DNA of 64,000 bases, from the NCBI GenBank assembly GCA_965249275.1, contig CBDFLQ010000006.1, forward strand, positions 256,001 to 320,000, written 5' to 3'. The notes beneath the pieces were generated by a model. The model was not told the DNA's origin. It did no database searches and was given only the letters and a program-made list of their open reading frames with translations. This stretch comes from Dehalococcoidia bacterium (lineage in GTDB: Bacteria; Chloroflexota; Dehalococcoidia; Plut-88900). Both the position numbers and the translations under genes were made by a program. Below, one piece after another: positions 18,180 through 26,864 of the stretch; the stretch's first letter is position 1; each line of letters opens with the position of its first letter.

Positions 18180-18775
18180 CCCGATAGGCCAATCACCATT
18201 CTAAGATCAAAGGAGGAACCAAAAACCCAGGGAAGCCCACCCGACCCACCCGAGGACTCAACGCCTCAGCCCATCCCAACGGCCCTCGCGCAGGCCCGCG
18301 GCACAAGCAAACGCCGCCATCTCCTCACCCCACGGGTCCCGTGTACCCTTCCCTGACACCCAGGCGATGGAAGGCCCATCGACTCTAAGCAGCATGTAGG
18401 CTTGCGAGACCGGCCTACTCGACGCACCTCTCACCCGGCGCGTTCGAGTCAACGCTATGCGCATAGCCCGCGAATATACGGGGCCCTCCATTGCAGGGCT
18501 CGCCAGGGGGCTTCGCGCCCCCGGCTCTGACTCCACCGTCGTTCCCTTCGGAGATTCCCACCCCCAGCGGCGGAAGTTGAGTCGTACTCCCATCCCTCCG
18601 AGATGGTCGAGTAGCGTCTTGCGGACGAGACACCCCGCCTCTCTCGTCCGCCTCAGTAAAGACACGTGGGGTAATCGCAGGCTGGCCTCCCGCCCCTGCC
18701 CAAGAGTCCCGGACCTTCCGTCGCCTTCCCCCTCCAAAAAACAAACAACGAACCCAAACCCCACAACCGAATACC
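18180..18775 (+). ncRNA. Putative novel long structured ncRNA, copy 1 (~600 nt, ends estimated)
   Basis: Shares a 35-nt identical block, other conserved blocks, covarying long-range helices and the 3' tail with 37617-38280; a 4-nt indel between conserved blocks argues against a shared ORF. Confidence 0.7.
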
Positions 18776-18858
18776 CCCACCGATACGGCCCTATCCTGCT
18801 GGACAAGCGCACCGCGTTGACTACCCCACCCCCTACCCCCTAAAATTTACCTAAACCC

Positions 18859-20307
18859 ATGCAAGACAGATACGGCCTCCCCATCACCACGAATTCAGCC
18901 AAGGCCGCCGACCTTTTCGTCGAGGGCCTGGACCTCCTCCTTTCCATGAACATCGGCTCCTTGGAGCGCATTAGGGAAGCCGTCGAAGCTGACGACTCCT
19001 TCGCCACGGCCTACGCCACCCTCGCCTACCGCTACATGGTCGAAGGCAAGGTTAAAGAAGCACGAGAGAACATCTTACACGCCGAGGCCCGCGCCTCTGG
19101 CCTCACCCGCCGAGAGCGCCTCTACGTCGCCGTAATCGATGCCTATGTCCACAGTTCCGGCCCCCGAGCCCTTAGCCTGATGAAAGAGTATCTCTGGGAG
19201 TTCCCCAGGGACATACTCATACTCTACATAGCCAACAACCTGCTCTTCTATGGATGCAGCGGTGGCGGCTCCAAGAGTTATCCTGCAGACCAACTCGCCC
19301 TATGCAGTGAGGTGGCCTCTCACTACGGCGATGACTGGGCATTCCAGAGCCGCTATTCCTTCGCACACCACGAATCAGGTATTCTCGACGAGGCCCTTCG
19401 CCTCGCCGAGGCCTCTCTCAAGACACGTCCCGACAACGCCGACGCTTCCCATTCCGTCGCTCACGTCCTATTCGAAAGAGGCGCCTCCCCGGACGGAGCT
19501 CAATTCCTGGAAGAATGGACCAGGGACTACGACCGCCGAGCTCCCTTTTACGTCCACCTGGCCTGGCATTACTGCCTCTTCGAGCTCTCCCAAGGCCACT
19601 ACAACAAGGTCTTGGACCTTTACAACAGCCGCATTCAACCTGCCGTTGCCTCAGGGGACGGTGGGGCCCTCGCCGACGCCGCAGCCATCGTGTGGAGAAT
19701 GATGCTCTACTCGGACACAGTGCCTCAGATCGACTGGAAGGCACTCTGTTCCCTGGCCGAACCCTCCATCAGCACCGAGGGTACAGCCTACCGGGACGTC
19801 CACGCTGCCCTGGCCTTCGCCGGAGCTAACGATTGGGAGAAAATGACCGCTCTCCTTGACCGCTTCCAGGCCCGAGCCGCCTCCGGCGACACCCTCGCCT
19901 CCGAGATCATGGTCCCTCTTATGAAGGGCCTCCAACTCTTCGCCCACGAACGTCCTCAGGAATCCCTGGAATTGTTGGAACCTCTATTCGGCCCTGCAGT
20001 AATGGACCAGCTTGCCCGCGTTGGTGGCAGTCACGCCCAAAGGGAAGTGCTTGAGGACACCCTCGTAACCTGTTTCCTGGAAACGGAACAATTCGACAAG
20101 GCCAAGTCGATGCTCAACACCCGGCTCTCCCGCCGCCCCTCCCCCCGAGACCTCTTCTGGCTGGCCCGCGCGCAGACCGGTCTTGGCGACTCCGAGGCCG
20201 CCCAGCGCGACCTTGCACAAGCCAACGTCGAATGGACCAACTTCAACCATGACCCCGACTCCCCGGAACTGGCCCGTCTCCGCGCCTCTGTAGCAAGCCC
20301 CCGCTAG
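18859..20307 (+). CDS. TPR-repeat protein (TTC38-like)
   Basis: DRYGLPITT, HSVAHV, HLAWHYCL, LADAA, RVGGSHAQREV; own promoter TTGACT-N18-TAAAAT. Confidence 0.82.
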   Translation: MQDRYGLPITTNSAKAADLFVEGLDLLLSMNIGSLERIREAVEADDSFATAYATLAYRYMVEGKVKEARENILHAEARASGLTRRERLYVAVIDAYVHSSGPRALSLMKEYLWEFPRDILILYIANNLLFYGCSGGGSKSYPADQLALCSEVASHYGDDWAFQSRYSFAHHESGILDEALRLAEASLKTRPDNADASHSVAHVLFERGASPDGAQFLEEWTRDYDRRAPFYVHLAWHYCLFELSQGHYNKVLDLYNSRIQPAVASGDGGALADAAAIVWRMMLYSDTVPQIDWKALCSLAEPSISTEGTAYRDVHAALAFAGANDWEKMTALLDRFQARAASGDTLASEIMVPLMKGLQLFAHERPQESLELLEPLFGPAVMDQLARVGGSHAQREVLEDTLVTCFLETEQFDKAKSMLNTRLSRRPSPRDLFWLARAQTGLGDSEAAQRDLAQANVEWTNFNHDPDSPELARLRASVASPR

Positions 20308-21551
20308 CGCACCCTCTCCCCGGCCCTGAACACCCCCACAACGTTCCCCAACACCTTCAGGTCCTGGGTCGGGTCGCCATCCACTAGCAGCAGGTCCGCC
20401 TCCTTGCCGGGTTCGATAGTTCCTATCTCACCCCCAAGCCCTAGCGCCAGTGCCGCATCCCTGGTCCCCGATAGAAATGCCTGCTCCGTCGGCATCCCCA
20501 CGTCCACCATGGAATCTAGCTCTCTGTGGAACTGCCCGAATGGGTACGCCCCCCACCCGCAGTCCGACCCCCCGATCAACCGCGCTCCCGCCGAGACCAG
20601 ATCCCGGAACACCTCTCCCCTCTGCCGGATCGTCTCTTCGTTATCCTCCAGCTCCATCCTCTCCTCAACCGAGATCGTACCCTCGTCCCTTTTCGCCTCC
20701 AGGGCCAACGTCGCCGCCCGACGTATGTGAATAGTCGGATTTATCCACACACCGGACTCCGCAATCCTCTCCCCTACCCTCGGGTCCCATCTGCTCACCC
20801 CATCTTCGTCCATGAAGTTGCAGTGGATGATCATGTCGACCCCGGCGTCCAGGCAATACACAACCGCCTGCGTGGAGATAGCATGTCCCGCCACCAGCTT
20901 CCCCCGAAGATGCGCTTCCTCCACAACCGCCCGAAGCTCTTCTACCGTGTACGACGCCCGTTCAGGCATGCTCCCTTGCGTCGTCCCTCCGCTCGTCATC
21001 ACCTTGATGAAGCTCGCCCCATTCTTGATCATCCTGCGCACTGCCGCCCTGACCCCATCCACGCCATCGGCCTCGGCCCCCATCATCCAGCAGTGGCCGC
21101 CGGTCATGGTCACCGGGTTCCCGCACGCCACGATCCTCGGCCCTGGGACTATGTCCCGCCGTATCCCTTCCATCAACGAGAATACGACCTTGTTCCAGCC
21201 TCCGTTGTCCCTCATCGTCGTCACCCCGCTCTCCAGGGCCATGCGCGCGCTCTTCACGGCTTCCATCAGGTGAATGTCATCCCCGTCTTCATGCACTTCA
21301 TCGACCGAAAGACCAGTGCCCGGCATATTCGTGTGCGTGTGGCAGTCGATCAAACCCGGCATCAGTGTCGACCCGGGAAAGTCCAGAACTGTCCCTTCAA
21401 TATCCCCGCACTGAGACAGCTCCGACTGTCGGGCCACCCACTCAATCCCTCCCCCCGACACCTTAACCGCCATCCTCTCCTGCACCACACCGCTCAAACC
21501 ATCCGCCAGCCTCCCCACCTTGATAATCGTCGGCTCACTGTTTCTGTTCAT
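20304..21551 (-). CDS. Amidohydrolase (prolidase/imidazolonepropionase-like)
   Basis: MPGLIDCHTH, GVTTMRD, IKVMTSGG, GSDCG, GTIEPGKEADL. Confidence 0.9.
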   Translation of the reverse strand: MNRNSEPTIIKVGRLADGLSGVVQERMAVKVSGGGIEWVARQSELSQCGDIEGTVLDFPGSTLMPGLIDCHTHTNMPGTGLSVDEVHEDGDDIHLMEAVKSARMALESGVTTMRDNGGWNKVVFSLMEGIRRDIVPGPRIVACGNPVTMTGGHCWMMGAEADGVDGVRAAVRRMIKNGASFIKVMTSGGTTQGSMPERASYTVEELRAVVEEAHLRGKLVAGHAISTQAVVYCLDAGVDMIIHCNFMDEDGVSRWDPRVGERIAESGVWINPTIHIRRAATLALEAKRDEGTISVEERMELEDNEETIRQRGEVFRDLVSAGARLIGGSDCGWGAYPFGQFHRELDSMVDVGMPTEQAFLSGTRDAALALGLGGEIGTIEPGKEADLLLVDGDPTQDLKVLGNVVGVFRAGERVR

Positions 21552-21651
21552 TGCTTCCCCTTTCTAAAACTCTCCCATCTCCCTCCATGATACCCTTCAG
21601 CACCTCTCCCGCACGGACTTGCTGGAAGGGCTCTATCCCCTCCTTCTCGAT

Positions 21652-21783
21652 AAGACATTTGCATAACCTACGCTGGAGGGGACGGGGCCGCTCGTGCTGA
21701 GGCTCTCGAAGTATGAGCGGTGGGAGGACGTAGGGTGATCTGGATCGCACCACAGGCGTTATCTGCAGTTACGCAAAGGTCCC
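21652..21783. mobile_element. MITE copy D
   Basis: AAGACATTTGCATAAC/GTTACGCAAAGGTCCC; flanks TCGAT/TTGAC. Confidence 0.85.
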
Positions 21784-21820
21784 TTGACGGGAGAAGGCAA
21801 GAGTGAGAGTGCCCCCATCC

Positions 21821-23050
21821 TCAAGGCAACTTCCGAACCCTCGGCAAAACTATCCCCGACAACAAATTCGCAACCGCCAGTATGCCCCCGTTTATCAACA
21901 GTGCCCGCGGCGCCCCCAACACCCCCGCCAGTGCCCCGACCTCCAGGTGCCCCGACGGCGCAGTCCCTATCGCCAGCACCCAAGACCCCATCGCCCGGCC
22001 CCGATGCTCGTTCGGCACGTTCTGCTGCATCAGCGTCTTGTAAAGCGTATCCGCCGCAGTTGCACACGCATTCACCACTGCTATCACAAACAGGTAGAAG
22101 ATGAAGTTCTCATACAACGAAAATGCCGCAAGCCCAAGCCCGAATCCCCCCGCCGACAGGAACGCATACAACCCCTTCCTCCCGGAATTCCTCAACCTCG
22201 CCAAGCTCAACAACCCCGCCAGCCCTCCGACCTGGCTGGTAGCCGCCATTATCCCCAGCCCCACCTCCCCGACGCCAAGCACATCCTTTGCAAAAACCGG
22301 TAGCACGCTCTGATGCGTGAAGCCAAAAATCTCCGTAACCGCCGCAAGGTACATCAGGGTGAGCAACACCCTGTTTTGGCGGATGAGCCTCATCCAGCCC
22401 ATCAGGTTCTCGAACACAGGCCGCGGATGCACCACCGCCGACTGTCCCACCTCCCGGGTCCCCATCAGCACCCCCAACCCCACTACGTACGTCGCCGCTA
22501 TCAGCACGTACAACCCCGCGATACCCAACTCGTGAATCACAAATCCCGAGCCCAACGACCCAATCAGCGCCCCAATCCGGTGGCTCGAAGACATCAGCGC
22601 CAGTCCATTCAGGCTTCTATCCGGCCCCACAATGTCGTATGCATACGCCTGGCTCATCGTCCCGAAGAACGCCTTCAGGCTACCCGCCACCCCCGCCAAC
22701 AGGATTATCGGCCATACCCTGTCCAGATCGTTGAACATCAGCACTGCCATGATCACTGCCACCGCGCTGCCTCCGGCGTAGACGAACCGCAGAAACACCC
22801 TCCGGTTCACCCTGTCCGCCACCGACCCCGACACTATCCCCAGAAAGAAAAATGGCGCCATCCCCGCTGCAAACGCCACCCCGATGAGGAATGGAGAATT
22901 AGTCATTTCGAAGACCAGCCACCCCAGCGCCACCATCTCCATGCCCCAGCTCAGCGCGTGGAATACTCCCCCACCCCAGAGGAAACGAAAGTCCCGGTAG
23001 GCAAAAGATGCCCATACGCCTCTTGGCGCTGCGAAAGCTGTCTGAGCCAT
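21821..23050 (-). CDS. MFS transporter (MFS_3/EntS-like)
   Basis: Many hydrophobic segments; RDFRFLW, G.VADRVNRR, VP.EHRGRAMG. Confidence 0.92.
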   Translation of the reverse strand: MAQTAFAAPRGVWASFAYRDFRFLWGGGVFHALSWGMEMVALGWLVFEMTNSPFLIGVAFAAGMAPFFFLGIVSGSVADRVNRRVFLRFVYAGGSAVAVIMAVLMFNDLDRVWPIILLAGVAGSLKAFFGTMSQAYAYDIVGPDRSLNGLALMSSSHRIGALIGSLGSGFVIHELGIAGLYVLIAATYVVGLGVLMGTREVGQSAVVHPRPVFENLMGWMRLIRQNRVLLTLMYLAAVTEIFGFTHQSVLPVFAKDVLGVGEVGLGIMAATSQVGGLAGLLSLARLRNSGRKGLYAFLSAGGFGLGLAAFSLYENFIFYLFVIAVVNACATAADTLYKTLMQQNVPNEHRGRAMGSWVLAIGTAPSGHLEVGALAGVLGAPRALLINGGILAVANLLSGIVLPRVRKLP

Positions 23051-23107
23051 ATCAGTAAGTCTGCCTGCGACTCCCGGAGTCCAGGCGAGGAGAGTGGAGA
23101 TCGAGAC

Positions 23108-25534
23108 TTATTCCGGCACGCCCACCAGGCCCGCCTTCAGCATTGCCTCAATCTCTTCCGAAGAGTAACCCATCTCACCCAACACCTCCACCGTGTGTTC
23201 ACCTATCAATGCCGACGGTGGGTTGTCCACAGTCCCCGTCTCCGAAAAGTGCACCAGAACCCCCGGCTGCCTTAGCCCCGTGTAAACCGGGTGATCACCC
23301 TCATAAACCATCCCTGTCTCGATGGCATGAGCGTTCTCGTAAAACCCCTCCATGTTCCCTTGCGCCACCTTCACACACGGCACCCCCTTCTCCACAAGCC
23401 GAGCCTCCCACTCCCGCGCCGTGCCTTTTGCGAAAACGGCCGCTAGAACCCCGCACAATTCCTCGTTCCACGGGTCCATTACGGACGCCTCCTCGAATGT
23501 CACATCCGGCTCATCCCATTCTCCGCTCAGCACATCCTTCAGCCGCTCCCACTCCTTCTCTTGCACGCACGACAGGAACACCCACCCCTCCGCAGTCTCG
23601 TACATCCGATACAGCGCCGACATCCCATGAACTCCCGCGTCCGCCAAGGCCCGAGCCTTCTTCCCCTCGTATCGCATGAAGTCGTCCGACGTAGCCAGTG
23701 CCCCGGTCTTCATCAGGCTCAGATCGATCTTCTGCCCTTGACCCGTCCTGTCTCTATGATTCAACGCCATAAGCACGGCGACTGCCAGCATCAGCGCGTT
23801 CGTGTCGTCGCAGATCGCCGTCCTCAAAAAGATCGGCCCCCCCGACCTCCCCCCGTTCCAAGCCGTCAGCCCCGACATCGACTGAAACAGCGGATCGAAT
23901 CCCGGCTTCTTAGCCTCAGGGCCCGACGGCCCGTACGCAGTGCTGTGTACGTATATTATGTCGGGTCGAGTGGCTCGCGCCGACTCATAGTCGATTCCCA
24001 GCCGCTCCGCCACCCCGACCCTCATGTTATGCACCAAGACGTCGCTCTTCTCGATCAGCCTTCTGATCACCTCCCGAGACTCGGGCGCCTTCAGGTCAAG
24101 TGCCAGGTCCCTCTTCCCCCGATTTGACCCGAGAATGAGCATGGGAATACTGTGCGCCCCTTCTCCTTGGAGCGGCTCCACCTTTACGACGTCCGCCCCC
24201 AGATCGCACAAAGCCATTGGCCCCAGCGGCCCCGCAATGTACGCCGAGAAATCCAGCACCCTAAGCCCCCGCAACGGCGTCCGTCCTAGGGTGGGGACGG
24301 CGATCTCCGTTCGCCCTGAGCTTGTCGAAGGGTCGCAAGAAAGGATGGTGCCGTGGGGGCTCCATTCATCCTCCCGTTTAGGAAACACCTCCTCCGGCAA
24401 TGACGGGCCAGGCGTCTCCGCCCCATCTACAGGCGCAGGCCCGCGCACCTTACCCGGAGTCTCCGAGAAAATTATCGGGTGTCCCACCTGCTTCATGTCC
24501 CCCAGCACCGGGTCCTTCACATCCACTACCAGCCCGTTATGGTGCACCTGGGGCGCGTCCATATACTCCTGCGTGGTCAATACCGGCGCCATTGGCACGT
24601 CCCCCGCCTCCAGCACCTTGAGCCACTCCGCCCGAGGCCGCTCCCTCAACCTCCTCCCAATAATCTCAATCGCGGCGAGTCTAAACTCGTCCTCCGGCCA
24701 GCCCGTGGGGGCGGTATCAAATCGAGTGTCGACAACCAGTTCGGGAAGGTCCAGCGCGATGGCCAGCTTGTCCCAGAACCACTTCGTCAAACAGCCAATG
24801 TGTATCCACTTGTCGTCGGCGCACGGGTACATCCGGTACGCCGGCATTCCGCCGTGGGGATGGATGTTGTTCACGATGAAGGGAGGCAACTCGTTGGATA
24901 TGGGCAGCACTGGGTACCGGATAGCTATCGCCCCCTCGTACATGCTCGTCCACACCCGCTGCCCCACCCCCGTCTCATTCCGAACGTGCAGCGCCGCCAA
25001 TACCCCCTGTAAGGCAAGCATCACGGTTCCCAGGCTTGCTACCGGTGACGACACGTACACCGGCCCCGGCCTTACCCCCGCCTGCTCCGTCATTATCCCC
25101 GATGCCGCCGCAGCTATCCCCTCATATCCCGGCAGATTCTTTAGAGGCCCCTTCTCCCCGAAAGACGAGATCGAGCAGTAAATCACACCCGGGTTCCGCT
25201 CCCGCACAGCTCCATATCCGATCCCAATCCCATCCGCCACCCCAGCTCGCCAGCTCTCTAGCACAACGTCCGCCCGAGATGCCAACGCCAAAGCTCTCTC
25301 CACCTCCTCCCCCGACCTCAAGTCCAATGCGACGCTCTTCTTACCCCTGTTCCACACCCGAAACCCTGGCTCAGTCCCTAGTGGGTCTCCCTCCGGCCCC
25401 ACCACTTTGACTACATCCGCTCCGTAGTCGGCAAGGAGCATCGTGGTCAGCGCCCCCGGATACCCCCGCGAAAAATCGACCACCCGCAGCCCGGCCACCG
25501 GCCCCGAGGAACCTTCGCTATGCGTCCCTGCCAA
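23108..25534 (-). CDS. Two-domain family III CoA-transferase (CaiB/BaiF fusion)
   Basis: Two GLRV.DFS...LADYGA/LCDLGA.V.KV...NRGK..LDL modules. Confidence 0.92.
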   Translation of the reverse strand: MAGTHSEGSSGPVAGLRVVDFSRGYPGALTTMLLADYGADVVKVVGPEGDPLGTEPGFRVWNRGKKSVALDLRSGEEVERALALASRADVVLESWRAGVADGIGIGYGAVRERNPGVIYCSISSFGEKGPLKNLPGYEGIAAAASGIMTEQAGVRPGPVYVSSPVASLGTVMLALQGVLAALHVRNETGVGQRVWTSMYEGAIAIRYPVLPISNELPPFIVNNIHPHGGMPAYRMYPCADDKWIHIGCLTKWFWDKLAIALDLPELVVDTRFDTAPTGWPEDEFRLAAIEIIGRRLRERPRAEWLKVLEAGDVPMAPVLTTQEYMDAPQVHHNGLVVDVKDPVLGDMKQVGHPIIFSETPGKVRGPAPVDGAETPGPSLPEEVFPKREDEWSPHGTILSCDPSTSSGRTEIAVPTLGRTPLRGLRVLDFSAYIAGPLGPMALCDLGADVVKVEPLQGEGAHSIPMLILGSNRGKRDLALDLKAPESREVIRRLIEKSDVLVHNMRVGVAERLGIDYESARATRPDIIYVHSTAYGPSGPEAKKPGFDPLFQSMSGLTAWNGGRSGGPIFLRTAICDDTNALMLAVAVLMALNHRDRTGQGQKIDLSLMKTGALATSDDFMRYEGKKARALADAGVHGMSALYRMYETAEGWVFLSCVQEKEWERLKDVLSGEWDEPDVTFEEASVMDPWNEELCGVLAAVFAKGTAREWEARLVEKGVPCVKVAQGNMEGFYENAHAIETGMVYEGDHPVYTGLRQPGVLVHFSETGTVDNPPSALIGEHTVEVLGEMGYSSEEIEAMLKAGLVGVPE
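24307..24335 (+). repeat. REP family B copy inside the CoA-transferase interdomain linker
   Basis: CCGTTCGCCCTGAGCTTGTCGAAGGGTCG; translates on the gene strand as DPSTSSGRT. Confidence 0.85.
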
Positions 25535-25649
25535 AACTTCTATCCGACTTCCAATCTTTACGCTGCCCCTTCTGAAATCCGTCCTCCCCGTCTCATCTCC
25601 CCTATGCCCTTTCTTATGTCATTTCGAGGCACGTTTGCCGTGTCATTCC

Positions 25650-26705
25650 TGTAGATGTCAGGTAATTCGTTGACAGAATTAGAGAGATTTAAGGGTTTGC
25701 AAAGGGGTCTTTCCGTCCATTGCCTGGTGGGGTCTCTGAGTATTGTAGTAGATCAGGTATTGCTGAAGCTCGTCCTTCAGTTCCGAGACCGACTCGAAGG
25801 TTGTCCCCTCCAGCAGGTCCTCGTTCAAGGTTCTCCAGAACCGTTCTATCTTCCCGTTGGTCTGGGGCCTATAAGGGCGGGTGTAGCGGTGCTTTATGCC
25901 CAGTTCATTGAGCATGCGTTCCATAGGGTGGCCCTGGGTGTTCCTTGGGGAGGCCATCTCGGGGCCGTTGTCGGTGAGGATAGCCTCGAATTGGATGCCG
26001 TACTCCACGTTAAGGAAATTGATGGACTTCAGAGTAGCCAACATCACGGAGAGACTCTTGATGTCTCCAACCACTTCGGCCCAGGCCAGACGGGTGAAGG
26101 CGTCGATGAGGGCCACGAGGTAGTAGCGGTGCTTAGTGCCCACGATGGTATCCCGGCTGAGGTAGTGGCTGTCCAGGTGGCCCAGCTCTCCTGCCCGGGT
26201 CTTGATGATCTTGCGCTTCGACTGCTGCATCGGCTTTGTGAGCCTATTGAAACCGTGGCGTCTGGTGATGGCGTAGATGGTGGAGGGCTTAGGGGTGTTG
26301 TGTTTAAGGATGGGTTTGAGTATGGCATAGATCTCGTAACGGTTGGTACCGTTAAGGCGCTCGTTGATGACCTTCTGCTCAATGTAGGGCAGGGTGCGGC
26401 GGGACTTCCACCCGGGACCCCGCTTACGGGGGAGGAAGGCGTTGTCGGAGGGGGAGAGGAGGAACCGGTTGTAGTACTTGGCGAAGGTCTGACGGCTAGT
26501 GCCGTGGAAGGAGTAGAAGTCCTGGGCGAAGCGGAAACGGGGATGCTTCCCTGCCTTGACCAGTTGATACTCATGGATGAGGAACCGCCACTTCTGAATG
26601 TAGTTCCGTTCAAGGGTGAGGTCCTTGCTATTGTCTCGCATTCTCGCCTCCAGATTGGTGTTGGCCTCTTATACCAATCTGTCAACGAATTACCTAACAC
26701 TTACA
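25650..26705 (-). mobile_element. Complete IS481-family insertion sequence (1056 bp)
   Basis: 28-bp TIRs TGTAGATGTCAGGTAATTCGTTGACAGA / TCTGTCAACGAATTACCTAACACTTACA (25/28); 5-bp TSD ATTCC at 25645-25649 and 26706-26710. Confidence 0.92.
25679..26641 (-). CDS. IS481-family DDE transposase (integrase core)
   Basis: GELGHLD, LIDAFTR, ILTDNGPE, HRYTRPYRPQTNGKIERFWRTL, YNTQRPHQAMDGKTP. Confidence 0.93.
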   Translation of the reverse strand: MRDNSKDLTLERNYIQKWRFLIHEYQLVKAGKHPRFRFAQDFYSFHGTSRQTFAKYYNRFLLSPSDNAFLPRKRGPGWKSRRTLPYIEQKVINERLNGTNRYEIYAILKPILKHNTPKPSTIYAITRRHGFNRLTKPMQQSKRKIIKTRAGELGHLDSHYLSRDTIVGTKHRYYLVALIDAFTRLAWAEVVGDIKSLSVMLATLKSINFLNVEYGIQFEAILTDNGPEMASPRNTQGHPMERMLNELGIKHRYTRPYRPQTNGKIERFWRTLNEDLLEGTTFESVSELKDELQQYLIYYNTQRPHQAMDGKTPLQTLKSL

Positions 26706-26725
26706 ATTCCGATGCGTTTTATTAC

Positions 26726-26754
26726 TGTCATTCCGAGGCTCCGCGAGGAATCTA
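26726..26754 (+). repeat. REP family A copy
   Basis: Exact consensus; preceded by partial TGTCATT heads. Confidence 0.9.
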
Positions 26755-26864
26755 ACGCGTCAATCCCACAAAACCACCCCATTCACCACCACCCACCCCT
26801 AACCATAGACATCCCCACGCCCAACAACCTTCCAAACCCCATTAGGAATACACACCCCTCCCCC

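Noticed and set aside
18180-18775. tmRNA, RNase P, SRP, group II intron or retron identity for the RNA
   Set aside because: No tRNA-like ends, no GAGGAAAGUCC, no intron domain V, and no reverse transcriptase in the window. An Rfam search is still needed.
18156-18843. ORFs overlapping RNA copy 1 (66, 128, 184 and 121 aa)
   Set aside because: The 66-aa start lies inside the promoter, the frame is not conserved in copy 2 (4-nt indel, non-synonymous changes) and the translations are low-complexity.
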